Positions 1 through 13,019 of a DNA stretch of 64,000 nucleotides are shown here, one piece after another (within the stretch, counting starts at the first letter, position 1; each line of letters begins with the position of its first letter). The position numbers and the translations under genes are program-made. The stretch is taken from NCBI GenBank assembly GCA_030704615.1, contig CM060734.1, positions 42,408,001-42,472,000 on the forward strand. Reading direction: 5' to 3'. A model generated the notes under the pieces. The model worked only from the letters and a program-made list of their open reading frames with translations, had not been told where the DNA came from and made no database searches. The stretch comes from Takakia lepidozioides. Taxonomy: Eukaryota; Plantae; Bryophyta.

Positions 1-132
1 TTTTGGATTAGACTTTGAGTATAAATAGGGAGAGCTCGGAGGGTGGACACAGCTTGTTGTGGTCCTATGGTGGGTGGAGAGTTCTCAGTAATCAGTTCAT
101 CTTTTATCTCTATTCTCTGTCGAATTCCAACA
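1..132 (+). repeat. Copia 5' LTR (3' part only)
   Basis: Ends ...TTCCAACA; 2 substitutions and a 1-nt indel versus 2648-2780; contains TATAAATA. Confidence 0.93.
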
Positions 133-145
133 TGGTATCAGAGCC
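133..145 (+). promoter_or_regulatory. Primer binding site complementary to tRNA-iMet 3' end
   Basis: TGGTATCAGAGCC directly after the LTR-terminal CA. Confidence 0.95.
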
Positions 146-193
146 ATTCTTCTCTAGGTGAGAGTTGGTAGTTGAGATTGAGAGAACTTGATT

Positions 194-1253
194 ATGGCTG
201 GAGCATCGTCTTCTAGCAATCCTCCTTCTATGTCTATGACGAGTGCATTAGATGTGAGAGTGGAAGATCGATTCAATGGAGCTAACTATCAAACCTAGGA
301 AGTTCCTAGGATGGAGATGGTCCTTCTAGACAAAGATTTATGGGGAGTGGTTGATGGATCAGTCCCAAGACCTAACACTATTGTTGGCCAAGCCATATGG
401 GATAGGAAAGATCAGAAAGCAAGAGCTAGCATCATCACAAGTTTGAGAGACAAACAGTTGCATCTCATTATAAGTGCTAAGAATGCTAAGGATGTTTGGG
501 ACAAGCTAGCAAGCATATATAAGACGAAGGATGTCACATCGCAAGTGTATGCGACGCAAAAGTTCTATGGTCTGAAGATGACCGAGTCAGACTCAGTTGA
601 ACAACACTTGAATTTGTTTTGTGTGTTGCGAGATCAACTAGTCTCTGTGGGAACTAATGTGACTGATGAACACGCCGCAGTGGTGTTATTGGCAACCTTA
701 CCTGAATCCTATGATGGTTTTGTGGTGTCTCTAGCAGGACAAACCAACTTAATTATTGATGTTGTCATAGGACTTCTCCTCAAGGAGGAAACAAGAAGAA
801 AATGTCAAGGTACGTCTACAGAAGTAGACAGAGCTTTGTTCACAGGCAAGACTGGAGTAGTCTTGAATAGAAGACTCCCTTTACATATGTCTTAGAAGTC
901 CCAGAGGTTTCAGAAACCTCAATCTAGCTCAAAGATAAAAAAAAAGCCAAAGTAAGGTGCTTTTTATTGCAAGAAACTTGGTCACATGATCAAGGATTGT
1001 AGAAAGCGCATTGCAGATGAGCGCAACAGAGAGAGTCAAGGGAACATAGCTACTCATCAGAGGAATGCTATTCTATTTGTTGTGTCTATCTCAGCCACTA
1101 CTAGACAGAAGCATGTGTGGTATGTTGATTCAGGAGCATCTCAACATATGAGTTCAAAGATAGAGCATTTCTTATCCTATAGATCTTTTTCACCTACACA
1201 ATATGTTCTTTTGGGAGATGATAGCAAGCATGTCATTGGTGGGGTGAGAGAGG
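194..1253 (+). pseudogene. Copia gag-protease, broken by stops and frameshifts
   Basis: ORFs 311-895 and 986-1261; gag, CCHC knuckle, DSGAS protease motif. Confidence 0.9.
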
Positions 1254-1440
1254 CAAAGTGATATTTCAAAGAGGTTTGAGATGGTGGATCTGAAAGAGAT
1301 CCTATGATCATGTGTTAATGATCAGTTTTTGTTGAAAAGACAAAGTGATATCTCAAAGAGGTTTGAGATGGTGGATCTTAAAGAGATCATGTGATCATGT
1401 GTTGATCAGGCTTTGTTGAAAAAGACAAAGCGATATATCA

Positions 1441-2397
1441 ATGAAGTTTGAGATGGTGGATCTGAAAGAGATCCAGTACTGCTTGGGGGTATCGGTAACT
1501 CATGTTCGACAAGACCAAGCAATTTACCTAAACCAGCGTAAGTATCTTGAAGATATCTTAAGGCACTTTGGTATGGCTGAAATTATGCCGGTAAATACCC
1601 CGTTTGTCCCAAATTGCAAACTCTCAACAGAGATGAGTCCTAAGAGTGCTGCAGACTTGGAGACAATGAGAGATGTTCCCTATCAGAGTGTTGTGGGAAG
1701 TCTCATGTATGCAAAGGTCTGTACTAGGCCAGATATTGCACAAGCAGTGGGGGTTGTAAGCCAATTTGTGGCTAACCCTGGGCAACTCCATTGGGTTGCA
1801 GTAAAGCGGATTTTCCGTTATCTAAGAGGCACACTGGACTATGGTTTGTGCTTGAGAAAGAACAATGATAATGTTCAGTTGGATTATGGTTTCTCAGATA
1901 GTGCTTGCAAAAGCACAGAGCTATACGGCTATTGTGATGCAGATTGAGCTGGTAATGTTGATGACCGCCACTCTACATCTGGTTATGTTTTTATGCTAGC
2001 AAATGGAGCTCTAAGCCGGAGCAGCAAGAAGCAATCTACAATTGCTATGTCCTCGACTGAGGCAAAATATATGGCTGCATCTCAAGCTATAAGGCAAGCA
2101 TTATTGTTATCATCATTTCTATCTAGTATTGGTCATCCACAGAGGGATACCATGGTCATATATGATGACATCCAAGGGTGTATTGCTCTCTCAAAGAATC
2201 CAATGTTTCATGCTCACACAAAGCATATTGAGATTCATCATCATTTGGTACGAGAGAAGACTGAAGCTGGAGTTGTCAAGCTTGTATATTGCAACACCAA
2301 CAACATGGTTGCAGACATATTGACAAAAAGGCTTAGTGTTGAAAAGCTTGAACGCTTTCGAGGCTTGATGGGAGTAGTTAAGTGCTTAACTTGGTAA
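1441..2397 (+). pseudogene. Copia RT C-terminal part and RNase H
   Basis: ORFs 1441-1947 and 1993-2397 share a frame, separated by TGA where W is expected (GYCDAD*AG). Confidence 0.92.
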
Positions 2398-2412
2398 CTC
2401 GTTGAGTGGGGG

Positions 2413-2780
2413 TATCGGAAATCAGCTCCTAACCAAGTTACTACTACCTAGAGTTACTGTGATGACAAGTCAGGATCCATGATAGGAGTTCTAACAAGTC
2501 ACAGTTAACAATAGAGATAAGCCTCGGTTAACTAAAAGATAGCTAAAGTCAGCTTCAGTTATTAGTGACTCAAGTCATTGTACTAGAATAGCAGGTGGAG
2601 ATAACTTAAGTAAAAGCATTGAGTTATGCTATAGTTATCTGAGCTATTTCTGGATTAGACTTTGAGTATAAATAGGGAGAGCTCGGAGGGTGGACACAGC
2701 TTGTTGTGGTTCTATGGTTGGGTGGAGAGTTCTCAGTAATCAGTTCATCTTTTATCTCTATTCTCTGTCGAATTCCAACA
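2413..2780 (+). repeat. Copia 3' LTR (about 368 bp), preceded by PPT GAGTGGGGG (2404-2412)
   Basis: Starts TATCGGAA (degenerate TGTTGGAA), ends TTCCAACA; matches 1-132. Confidence 0.88.
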
Positions 2781-4470
2781 ATCACTTCCTCCCTCTCCTC
2801 TGTCGTTTGCTGACATTAGCCTCTAGCCCCCAAAGATCAAAGTATCTCTTCGCGCAATCAATCAACTCCTGGAGATTGGTTGGAGTCTCCCCTATGCCTG
2901 CGAAGTCATCCGCAAACATAAGGGCTGGTATGGTGGTATCACCCACCCTTAACCCAAATCCCTCACTTTCCACATCCTCGAGGAGTTGATTGATGAAAAC
3001 ATTGAAGAGCAGAGGGGAGAGAGTACATCCTTGAGCTACACCTTGGTCTATGTCAAAGAAGTTGGACTTCTGTCCATTAACAGTGACACAGCTTTTGGTG
3101 TGAGCATACAAGTTGTGGACAACTCTCCACATCTTTCCCTTGATCCCACAAGACCAGAGGCGGAACCATAGGCCATCTCTCCACACAGTGTCATAAGCCT
3201 TTTTGACATCCAGGAAAAAAACATAAGTGGGTTTCCCTTCTTTTTTCCTTCCCTGGATAATCTGGCTTAGAGTGAAGATATGATCCACACAGCCCCTGTT
3301 TCGCCGAAAGCCAGCTTGGCCTTCGTGGAAACAACCTCCAGACTCCAGATCAACCTCGAGACGAGTACTTATAACTCTGCAGAATGTCTTGCCAACAACA
3401 TTGAGGAGCGTGATGCCACAGTAGTTCCCCGGTTCTTCTCTGTCACCCTTCTTGTATAGATTGACAATGACCCCCTGTCGCCAGCGAAAGGGGATCATTT
3501 CAGTCTTCCAGATAAGGTTAAAGAGGAGAACTAGGGCCTATCATGGGATCACCACCGTGCTTGATAAGCTCGTTGACAATACCATCAGGTCCACCAGCTT
3601 TATATCCATTTAAATGTTCAATTGCTTCCACAATCTCAGAAGAACTAATGGGAGCATTATAAGCCATTGAAATATACTCCAGTTCATCAGGACTGTTTTG
3701 AATCATAGGAACAGTTTTTCCAACTGTGTCCCTCCATTCAGCATAAGACCCCTCACTGTTAGACCTAGAAGTTCTGCCAAGGATACTGTAGTGAGTTTCA
3801 AAGGTTTTGACAATGTCAACCGATGAAGTCACCACTGCATCTTTAGTAGTCTTCAGCGCTTGTACTTGCTGACCGTTTTTAGGCTTGTACAAACGTTGAC
3901 GGGCCAACCAGAATTTCTTGTCATTACCACCCTGGTGGTTTGAGTTTATTTCACTGTATAACTTGTCCCAGTATATTTTCTTCTGAGACCTAACAAGCTG
4001 ATTGATATCTTTACGGAGCTGGTAGTACCTCGCCCACAATTCTCTGTTGGTTTCCAAATTGCCGCACTCTTTATAGAGGGCTCGTCTCTCAGCTATCTTG
4101 AGTTTAATCTCATTGGTCCACCAATTAACTGCTCTACCGCAGACAATTAGTTTCCTCCCAATGATCTTGTCAGCCACGGAGGAAACGAAACTCTCCCAAG
4201 AGTCCACTGCACTTTCGACTTCATTTCTTGCGTTAACAGAGCGTGACTGAAGTTCTTGGAGCGATTGGACAAAATGAGGGAGAGCCTCTTGCAAGGCCTG
4301 GACGTACTCAGCCTTGACCTCCTCATTGTGGAATTTTTCTATGCGCCACTTCCGAATCGAACGTTTCACATATCTCTTGGTGGTGGGAAAACACCTTTTG
4401 ATCTCAGTCCAAACCAGGAAGTGGTCAGAGGTACCAATATCAGTTCTGTCGATCAACACATTGGCACACT
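2781..4470 (-). mobile_element. 5'-truncated LINE (copy A of the CT-associated family), ORF2 with end of APE endonuclease and RT; interrupted by the Copia element
   Basis: ORFs 3518-4537 and 2782-3498: GTSDH, KAGGPDGI, QAGFR, FLDVKKAYDTV, GVAQGCTLSP, ALMFADD; (GA)n tract at 4475-4498 abuts its 5' end. Confidence 0.92.
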
Positions 4471-5349
4471 GGGGGAGAGAGAGAGAGAGAGAGAGAGAAG
4501 ACTCCAGCCAAAGCTGGCGATTTAATTCTGCATACATATGAAGTGAGCAGCCACACCGGCCACAACTTGATGCAAAAAATTTACAATCATGTATCGACGC
4601 AAGCAGATTTCCATCCCTGATGCATCATATCCTCTGTACATATGGAAACACCGGTAGTGGTCCAGCATTGGATACAAGCGGATGAGAGAAGCACAGATTA
4701 ACAACAGTAAAGGCATTATGTAAACTGAATTTTCGTTTGTAAGTAGTCATCACTTTCCTGCACCAAGAATATTGACACAGAAGTGGCAGCTCTCCCCCCC
4801 CACTGCATTCAACTTCAGGACCACCGCTCCCACCGAAAACTGTACCTAAGGTGACATGTAGCAACGCCCGCCTAGTACTGGCTAGTAATGTACAATTACT
4901 CTGTGAGTAGACTTGCCTCACTAGTCGGCTGCAGGGAATTATCTCGGAGATCTACCTCAAGTTGGTCTCTTCAGTATAAATAAATGTCATATCATGTGTA
5001 CGTCCCTCCTGTCTTTCTGGGGAAGTTTGGTGAGCATTTTCCCGGGTAAGCATCTTAGCTGTCCTCCACTATGTAACTGGTGTTGGACTTGCTGGATCCA
5101 CTGAAGAAGCCCAGGTGCCTCCTCTCCCATCTGTTCCAACAGCGACAAAGACTACAGCACCATTGTTTGATAATAGCTAATGACACACACACAAAAGGGT
5201 GTCACCCTCTCAGCAGTTTGAGCCTTCTTTAAAGTCTAGTTGAACCCAGGCTCTGCAACGAGAAGCAACCTCCAATAGGCATGGCACAATTGATTCATAA
5301 TTTCCTTTCTCTTGGGGACTTGCCACACAATGAGTGCTTGGGGTCTGGG

Positions 5350-8300
5350 CTATTTTACAAGGATTTCCACGACGTCTCTTTTCTCTTCTTTCCTGTTCTT
5401 GCCATCCTTCCCGACCTTGCCCTCCCTGTTTTTGGGGTTGGCTTCCAATAGCATCTGTACAACCTCACGCATTGATGGCCGATTCATTGGCAGCATGCTG
5501 GTGCATAGAAGCCCCAACCTCAAGACCAGAATCATGTCATCACGAGCTTCTGTCCCCATCCGCGGGTCCAAGACGTCATACACTCTTTCTTTGGTCTGTA
5601 TTTTATTGCTTACCCAAGAGACCAGGTCCACAGAGTTACCAGACAACACCTCTACTGGAAGCTTTCCGGTCACAAGTTCCAGGAGTACAACACCAAAGCT
5701 GTAGATGTCACTTTTCACCCCAACTTTCAAGGTGTAGGCATACTCTGCATACAGGGCAGAAAGGGACTTAAAACATATGATTCGTAAACTTACATGTGCC
5801 CCCCCCCCCAGCCTCTACCTCCACATCGTGGATTTTTAATCTCCATTTCAACAAACAAACTGCACAAATGTTTTGCTCTGGAGTGACCACAATGGTGACT
5901 CGAGGCTTGAACTACAACAAGGGCCAAGATCATGAGGTAAGTGTCCATCAGTCAAGACAAGTAGGGCAATTGCTAACTCGCTAAAATGAAGACAAACAAA
6001 AATGAAACAAATTCCAATGACTTCGTGTAGGCGTAGGTGTACTCAGGCTACATAGCAGAAAGGGAACGGTTCTAAAAATAACATATGCCCCCCCACTTCT
6101 CCCTCCACACATGGATTTTTACTATGTAGCTCCATTCAACACACAAACTGCACCAAATATTTTTTGCTCTGGAGTGACCACATTATTGCCTCGAGGCTTG
6201 AGCTACAACAAGGGCCAAGATCATGAGGTAAGAGTCCATCAGTCAAGACAAGTAGGGCAACTGCTAACTCGCTAAAATGAAGACAAACAAAAAAGAAACA
6301 AATTCCAATGACTTCGTCACTTATTGCCCTGGATAGTCAGAATGAAAGAAGCAGAACCACGACGCTTAGACAAGATGCAGTGCACAAAGCAGTTGAACAA
6401 AAGATGCATTAACATATACCTGGAGCGATGTAGCCATAGGACCCTGCAATTGCAGACATGGAGTCACCCTTCCCTGTGGTTACTTCCAAGACCTTGGCCA
6501 GGCCAAAGTCCGCCACATGCGCCTCGTAGTCCGAGTCCAGCAAAATGTTATTGGACTTGACATCACGATGCACAATTTGGGGTATGCAATCATGGTGCAA
6601 ATATTCCAGCCCCTGCACAACCATGATCAACTGCACGGTCACAATTGGAGGAAAATAGAGGACAAAAACAAATGAAATGAAATGAAATGGTTTTTTATAA
6701 CGTCCATGGAAAGCTCAAAGAGCTTATGGGACAAAAGGGAAAGACAAGAAAGAAGAGAAAACCACAGCCAAAAGCAGCCCAAAAGCAACTACTGGAAACC
6801 TTCAGTGAGAGATTGGGTTCCATGGAATAGACAGTTGAATCTCCCACGGATCTCATAGTATAGAGGGCAATGAAAAAAGTGTTCTTCAGTTTTGGTTTCC
6901 TGGTTGTGCCCGGTGCATGCTGGGCATAGGCGATCCCCCCGTTGCAGGTTTTCCCATCAACTAGTCTCAATCCGTAGTTTGTGGGAGCCCAACCCTGAAC
7001 CGCCCCAATGCCCTCAGAAGTACAAACAGTTTATGGGGGTTGGTACCTGTGCTGCCCCCAAGGCTATTTTGTAGCGCATGCCCCAATCCAGAGTGCCCCC
7101 TTTGGTGCCATGCAAGATATCCCCCAGGCTGCCATTAGGCATATACTCATAAACCAGCAGATTGGAGTACTTGTTGGAACAGCAGCACAGCAGCTTCACT
7201 ATGTTCCGATGTCGAATGTTCCCAAGTGTCTCCACCTAAACAACACAACAACAGATCTTCAACAAAAGGCAGAACAGATGTACTCTTGAAATATTTTGTG
7301 GTGTTGATTAAGGGAATCCTGTAGTGGAACATATCAGAGATAGGCGCACAATGTAAGGGACTTGAGGTTTTCTCTTGCTCTGCGGACTTTGAACCCCTTT
7401 CACAAACTTCACGTCCCAATCACCTATCACTTGAAGAATAATCTACAGCAGATCACAAACCTACGAGCCATTAGCTCTGGAAGTATGCTGATGTGGCATA
7501 CAGATTAGTCCCAATAACCAACTCCTCCTAGGAAATGAAATCCTCCAGGCAACATTGAGGCAACATGAGCAGCGTTCAGCAGTGGTCTTTCCACACCATT
7601 TCCGCATTCAGCACAACTTGACGATAATAAGAAAAGTAGAGTAGAGAATTTAACAATCCTTGTTTACCTCAGCCTTGAACCCATGATCATGTAGGGTATC
7701 ACCCTTGCACTGGCCCCAGAGCTTCTTCACAGCCACGGAATGTCCATTATTCAATGTTGCCTTGTACACTTTGCCTGATGCACCGCTACCAATCACATTG
7801 TCCTCATCTAATTCCGTGACCTCATAGTCTTGGAAGGCCATCTTTTGGAATGAAGTGAGGCTCCAGGAATCAGAACCTATTTTGTCGTCACGTCTTGCAT
7901 CACTGAAGTGTCTGTATCTCCTGTAGAAACAGCATAAGCCAATGACAAGAATTGAAGTTGCCGAAGCAAAGGCTACTCCCACCACCCACACTCGTAGCCC
8001 GGGTCTCTTATTTTTGGAGCCATTTTGCCCTTGGGAGCAATTATTGCCCTCGCACAAGTTCGGGTTCCCCTCAATGTCTGCAACCGTTATGAGACTTGCT
8101 GGCACATCACCTGAAAGGTTATTATTTGAGACATCCAAGGTTACAAGAGTCAAATTACCAAGGGAAGCTGGAAAATCCCCACTCAGCTGATTTCCTGATA
8201 GATCCAGAACGTTGAGGCCTTCAAGTTGGCCGAGTTGGCTGGGGATGGGGCCCGTGAGCTGGTTGGTGGAGAGGTTCAGTTGGGCAAGTGCACTGCAGTT

Positions 8301-11300
8301 GCCAATCTCAGGTGGAATTTCCCCAGTGAAAGAATTTCGGGCCAGATTGAGATTGTTTAGGCCAGACAGATGGCTCATTTGTGGAGGAATATAGCCCTCC
8401 AGATTGTTGCCAGAGACATCAAGCTTATTGAGCTTTGTCACCTGCCCAATCTCCACAGGAAGGGGACCAGAGAACTGATTGTCTGACAAAGTCAGGGTTC
8501 CCAAGGTCGCCGCCTGGCCAATTGTTGAAGAAATGCTTCCGTTGAGCATGTTGTTCTCCATGCTGAGAATCTCCATAAATGGTGCACCCCATAACCCACT
8601 GGGAATAGGCCCGGAGAGCTGGTTATCCTCGAACCTCACTCGCTTCAGACTTGAGCAGTTCCCATAATTCTCCGAAAGACCCCCTGTAAAACCATTCTTG
8701 AAGAAGATCAACTGTTGCAACGTATTTCCCTTGCAAAGATTTGATGGGACGGATCCGTGCAACAAATTGGTGGAGACATCAAACCTGACTAGGTTGGACT
8801 TCTCGGCAAAATTATCGGGGATGGTTCCCGTCAAGCTATTTTCGAAGACAACCAAGTGTTGCAAATTCTCCAGCGAGGCCATCCCAATGGGAATTTCGCC
8901 ATAAAAGTTATTTTGGTAAATGTGGAAGTTAATGAGGTTTTTCATGTCTGCAGTTGAAGATGGAATAATGCCGGTCACATTGTTTTGGGAGATATCAAAA
9001 TCAGTGAGACTCTGGAGGTTTCCAAAATCTGTAGGAATGGTACCATTAAGATGGTTGGAGAACAGTTCAATCACTCTCAGCTTTGGTAACTGCATCAGCC
9101 CAGAAGGAATACTACCCAACAGATTATTTTGAGATAGATCCAAACTCTCCAAGCTCGTCAGGTTTGAGAAGATGTCTGGAAGCACTCCATCTATCGAGTT
9201 CAAATTCAGCCAGAGAATTTGAAGTTGTGTCAGATTTCCCAGGAAGTCCGGAATGGGTCCTGTTATATTGCAGGATGCAAGACTGAGTGTCCGCAAATTT
9301 GTCATGCCTTGTACCCACTGAGGGAAAGGCCCCTCAGTAAAATTGCAGCAACTCAAGTCAAGGACTTCCATCTTTGTGAAGTTTGCAAACCATGACGGAA
9401 TAGCTGCTGGTGTGAAGTCGGCAGAACCCAGGTGTATCTCAGTCAAGTTAAGAAGATTACCAAGGCTGGAGGGAATTACGCCCGTGAAATTGGCATTCTG
9501 CAGATTCAAGTGCTGAAGCGCAGGCAAATCACCCAGGCTCTCTGGGATTGATCCGCTGAAACTTGAGCAACATACATCCAGACTTTGCAATAATTTCAGT
9601 TTTGAAATTCCACTGGGGACCAGACCTTCAATGAATGTCCAGCTCATGTTGACAGTCACCAGGTTTGTGCAGCTGAGAACATCAGAAGGGAAAAAGCCTT
9701 GCAAATTGGTGTTGCTCAAATCCAGAACCTCGAGATGGGTAAGTTGGCCTGCAAACCCAAAGCACATGTGGACCCCATGCATGTTAATCAAGTGATCATA
9801 TAGTCATCAACTGCCGTTGCAATACCAAAGGGCAAATTCTGGACATTCTGGCAGATTCTTGAACAATCTTGAAATGTTACTATACGCAGTCAACTTCCAA
9901 TTCAACTTACAGACACAAAAATTAAAGCAGACACAAAGAATTCAACTGCCGGTACACTATCCTCATATCCACTACACCCTAAGTGAGTGGAATGCATGTC
10001 AGTGATCCATCTAATCCATAGGGAACGATCCAGCTCGAGACAGCCTTTCCCGTCAGTCAGTAACATGGACTCATACATAAGCTCATAATATAGGAGAAGA
10101 CAACATCCAGAAGAGTCAAAAAAGGAGCAATGAAAAAAATGCTTTCATTGCATTGCCATATGATGGCCATTCCAGATAGACTGTAAAAGTGAGAGAAACC
10201 ATTGCCAGCCCACATGTGTGAAAGATAGGAAAGGGAACGGAAGGAAAGGAACTTTTCACGTCCTCAGGAAGCTCAAGAACAAGTGAAGAAAGACACCTAT
10301 GGTGGAGGGCTGAGAAGGATATAAGGGGGAGAGAGATATGAGCTTGGCAGGTGTGTCACACCCCTTTATCTCAAGCTGCAGCAATGGCTGGATCATAAGC
10401 TCTCAGCTGTCAGTCACTTGACTCTGACATGAACAACAGAAATGTTGAAGCTACAGTGACATAGCTGAGATAGAGATGCATTTTCCTCAGATACAGAATG
10501 TGCTCATGAGACAGTGTTTGCTGTAGCCTTGTGGCCATAGACCCCGCGCCCAATTTGGGCGGATTCCTGAGATAAAGTGAAAGGGAGATGTTACTCTTGC
10601 TTGTGTCCCGGAACACATCAACTGAGGTTGCATGGCACCCTGAACCCCTTGGACAGGGCAGGAAAATCTGCTGGAAAGCTTGAGCTGGCTTGGCTCTCTG
10701 TAAGAATCCTCTGGGATAAAGCACAGACTATTTTGTGGCAATCAGTAAGTGAAAATATTCCAATTTGACAGAATCAACAGAAACTGGGACAGGCTGTTCA
10801 GCATATTGCAGGGAATGGGAGATGACGTCCAGAAGGGTATCTAAACGATGGGAACAGTATTCAAGCCATTGTCTCTCTGACAGAAGCTGACAAAATAATC
10901 TGAGGAGGGGTATCTCTACAACAAGATGGAAAGTGCAAAAGCCAACCAGCCATTTCCCAAGGCAGAACTTGAAGCTCTGGAAAGAACACCGTAATAAGGA
11001 TTCGTCACCTCCAACCCACTTAACCTCAGTTATCTGTGAGTGGGTATGCATTTGGGTTTGGCAAATAACCTGTGGGTCAATTTGAAAAGTGGACTGCTGA
11101 CTGATTTTGGAGTAGTTGCACTGCGCCAAGGTTCCCTCTCTAAAACATACGATTTCCAGCTAGATTATGGAATGGAACAGGTAACGCCCAAACTCCTGGT
11201 GACTTCCTCTGCAAATTGGAGAGGCTGAGCTCTGAATTAAACACACTTAGCCATCTAAAAGACCATCTAGTGCTCATCAAGGCCTGCGAAGATAACCCAC

Positions 11301-12127
11301 TTTCCGTGGCCAATAGCCAGCAAAGTACTGCGTCGAAGATACCTTCCTATGCACATGGTTGGGCAATGGGCATTATGGACTCACTATTGATGTGTTATAA
11401 CGTTGGAATGTGTATAACTGCACATCCAGCCACAGTGGTTCGCACATTTTGTATCAAAGAGGGGAGCCTACCCTCTGAGATAACAGTCGGCTTTTTTCAC
11501 CTTGCCTAGTCTCACCTACTTGAGATACTGATAGTGAGGACAGCATGAGGTAGAGAAATTTAATGACACAGTCCCATCAGAGACATGAGTAGTGAATTGT
11601 ACTAAGTCACCATCTGCACCAAGGTATTTGAAAGCTATCCTGTTCTCCATGGTTTAACAAGAAAACGTCCAAACTCAGGACCCCCTCCTTTACGTTGTGA
11701 AGCTCCTTTCCTTTCGAATGGTCTCTACTGCTCTTCCAACTCCAATTCGAAAGCCACTCAACTTCAATTTTTGGGAATTGAGGAGCTTACTATCCCACCC
11801 GTAAGAACTGTCAAGGAGGTGACAATTATGTGCAAACTCACCGAACAGCCCTGCAGGCACAGCCCCCGAAAGATTGAAATCTCTGACGTTGAGCCCGGTG
11901 ACTGAATCGGCAGCATTGCAAGTGATCCCAGTCCAATTGCAAGGCAGAGCGTCGGACTGTTGCCAGTTTGCCAGCTGGCTATTCCCATCCGTTACGTTCT
12001 CCTTGAATTGAAAAAGAACCTGGCCTTCTGCAGAGAGTGCCTCCACACCACCGCCGACATAACAACCCAGCACCGCTAGAATTCCCAGCACGTTCACCAT
12101 CCATAGCAGCTCCCACCTCCTCGCCAT
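5350..12127 (-). CDS. LRR receptor-like kinase, subfamily XI, HAESA/HSL1-like, about 1047 aa; exons 12127-11842, 9748-7668, 7235-7047, 6612-6420, 5744-5350
   Basis: Signal peptide, LRRNT ([14 protein letters not shown]), about 20+ plant LRRs, GNPNLC, TM helix, kinase motifs [47 protein letters not shown]; all four introns are GT-AG with consistent phases (3144 nt total). Confidence 0.95.
5733..6317. repeat. About 290-bp tandem duplication in the last RLK intron
   Basis: 5733-6026 versus 6027-6317 share long near-identical runs (e.g. AAGGGCCAAGATCATGAGGTAAG..TTCCAATGACTTCGT). Confidence 0.9.
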
Positions 12128-12270
12128 CTCTGAACAGCTCTTTCCTGTCACTCCCGCAAGATTAATTCTTTCAGCTTACCCTCTTCTCCCAACAACCAAA
12201 TGACTCGAGCAAGCCATGGTGGCGAACTCAGCAGGAAAGACAAGACCTTCAGACGGCTTCCCCACCATAG

Positions 12271-12276
<6 letters not shown>

Positions 12277-12308
<32 letters not shown>
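12277..12308. repeat. (CT)16 microsatellite in RLK 5' leader/promoter
   Basis: Directly visible. Confidence 0.95.
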
Positions 12309-12310
<2 letters not shown>

Positions 12311-12988
12311 AGCACGTGCTACCAAGTTACCTCTATATACGCCTAACCGTGGTCGGGTACATGGGGGCATACTGCTACATGGCTCCTCAGAGTCCTCACT
12401 GGCCATGTACCTGAACTATCACGGAACGTTCGAAGCAACAACGGAAATGGCGGGTACATCAATCAGATAAGCTCACATGTTTTTTTTTTTGTTTTTTCTG
12501 CATTTACAAAATAACTAATAATAATTGTACAACAGAATCGTGAGATAGGAGCGGGGAGGATCGCTCCACGATCCAAGGGTCGGAAGGGCGGAAGGGCCCG
12601 CCCGACACAGCCTCGGGCGGAACCGGCGCCGCCCCCCGCGGCCCGCGCGGCCCGTTCAAGGCCAGCGCCGGGTGCCCAGATGAAATGACCGGCCGTTCTT
12701 ATTTGTAGTATGTTATGTACATGCCGCCGCGGCTACATAATTCGAAAAATCAGGCAGGTATACTAAATACATAAATATAATTATTATCTGAGTATGAGTA
12801 TCTTCTTGTTGACTGAGAAAAGCAGTCGTATAGTGAAAGAGTGGAATTGACTGCACAGGTGGCAGTTTTGCAATGGCTCTTGAAGAACACATCCATCAGC
12901 GAAAAAGATACCGCTGGATTTTACATCCATTTCTGGATGGAACATCCACTCCCAGAAGGCCAGTCAACCGATCGCATTGATTCTAGTC

Positions 12989-13019
<31 letters not shown>

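Larger units (their letters stand above)
1..2780 (+). mobile_element. Ty1/Copia LTR retrotransposon, internally deleted (integrase and N-terminal RT missing); 5' LTR runs off the window
   Basis: 5' LTR end (1-132) matches 3' LTR end (2648-2780); PBS, PPT, gag (LWGVV..WDRKDQKA), zinc knuckle CFYCKKLGHMIKDC, protease WYVDSGASQHM, RT C-terminus (YQSVVGSLMY..TRPDI), RNase H (STEAKY, TKHIEIHHH, ADILTK). Confidence 0.95.

Noticed and set aside
7942-9318. Multiple short + strand ORFs
   Set aside because: Antisense or out-of-frame shadows of the RLK LRR exon.
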